Shown: piece by piece, positions 63,638-64,000 of the stretch
Numbering within the stretch: position 1 is the first letter of the stretch
Layout: each line of letters begins with the position of its first letter
Assembly: GCA_950097015.1 (NCBI GenBank)
Contig: CATNEN010000029.1
Coordinates: 6,200,001 to 6,264,000 of the forward strand
DNA: 64,000 nucleotides
From: Macrostomum hystrix
Taxonomy: Eukaryota > Animalia > Platyhelminthes
Direction of reading: 5' to 3'
The notes under the pieces: generated by a model
What the model saw: only the letters and a program-made list of their open reading frames with translations
Told to the model about the DNA's origin: nothing
Databases searched by the model: none
Program-made: the position numbers and the translations under genes

Positions 63638-63969
63638 TCAACTAAGCAGACGAATAAGGTAGGTAGTTAACATGCTACTCTGATAGCTATGCAGCTCGTT
63701 TATATTGTGTGAAAATGAAGCTAAAGATTCATTCGTTACTTTCAAAAGCTGTCTTACAGTGAATGCATCGCTCGTGACAAGACTGTTTTTTGTTTTTGTG
63801 AGATACGCAGGGGGTCTGTCGAGAGGTCCCTGCGGATGCTGCAATTTTTCAGCCAATAAGGCAGCCCCAGTAGGTGGGGTGGCTGCCTTAGGTGGCACAA
63901 TCGCCTCTCTCTCTTTCCGTCTCTCTGTTCTGCAATGGCAAGCGAGCTGGCATTGAGTGGCGCTGGATC
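63638..63969 (-). other. Possible terminal exon of an unidentified gene entering from the right edge
   Basis: Pyrimidine-rich acceptor ctctctctacag followed by an open frame of about 110 codons (SSATQCQLACHC...PPKAATPP...LLS*). No recognisable homology. Confidence 0.2.
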
Positions 63970-64000
63970 TGTAGAGAGAGATCGAGGCATGAAATAAAGG

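Overview
Intron-rich metazoan genomic DNA, not prokaryotic. The GC-rich exons and very high minisatellite load suggest a free-living flatworm such as Macrostomum (inference only). I reconstructed four spliced genes by hand, with GT/AG sites and consistent phases. (1) MMACHC/CblC (+, 3867-5193, 2 exons) has no genomic start codon in front of its conserved N-terminus. (2) An orphan class A GPCR (-, 29266-21514, 3 exons, 397 aa). (3) A TRIM9/TRIM67/MADD-2 orthologue (-, 53741-33374, 7 exons, 680 aa). (4) PCID2 (+, 57742-61940, 6 exons, 398 aa), head-to-head with TRIM9. About 28 kb (roughly 44%, my hand sum) lies in about 30 tandem arrays with mostly unrelated units, mainly 7-45 bp and up to about 90 bp. 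Many sit within 2-130 nt of splice sites or just behind stop codons, and several show nested re-duplications. tRNA-headed SINEs and decayed hAT, LINE and Helitron-like remnants are also present. Most ORFs in the supplied track are read-throughs of the arrays. Best leads: a probable spliced-leader-donated AUG for MMACHC, and systematic birth of private minisatellites at exon borders.
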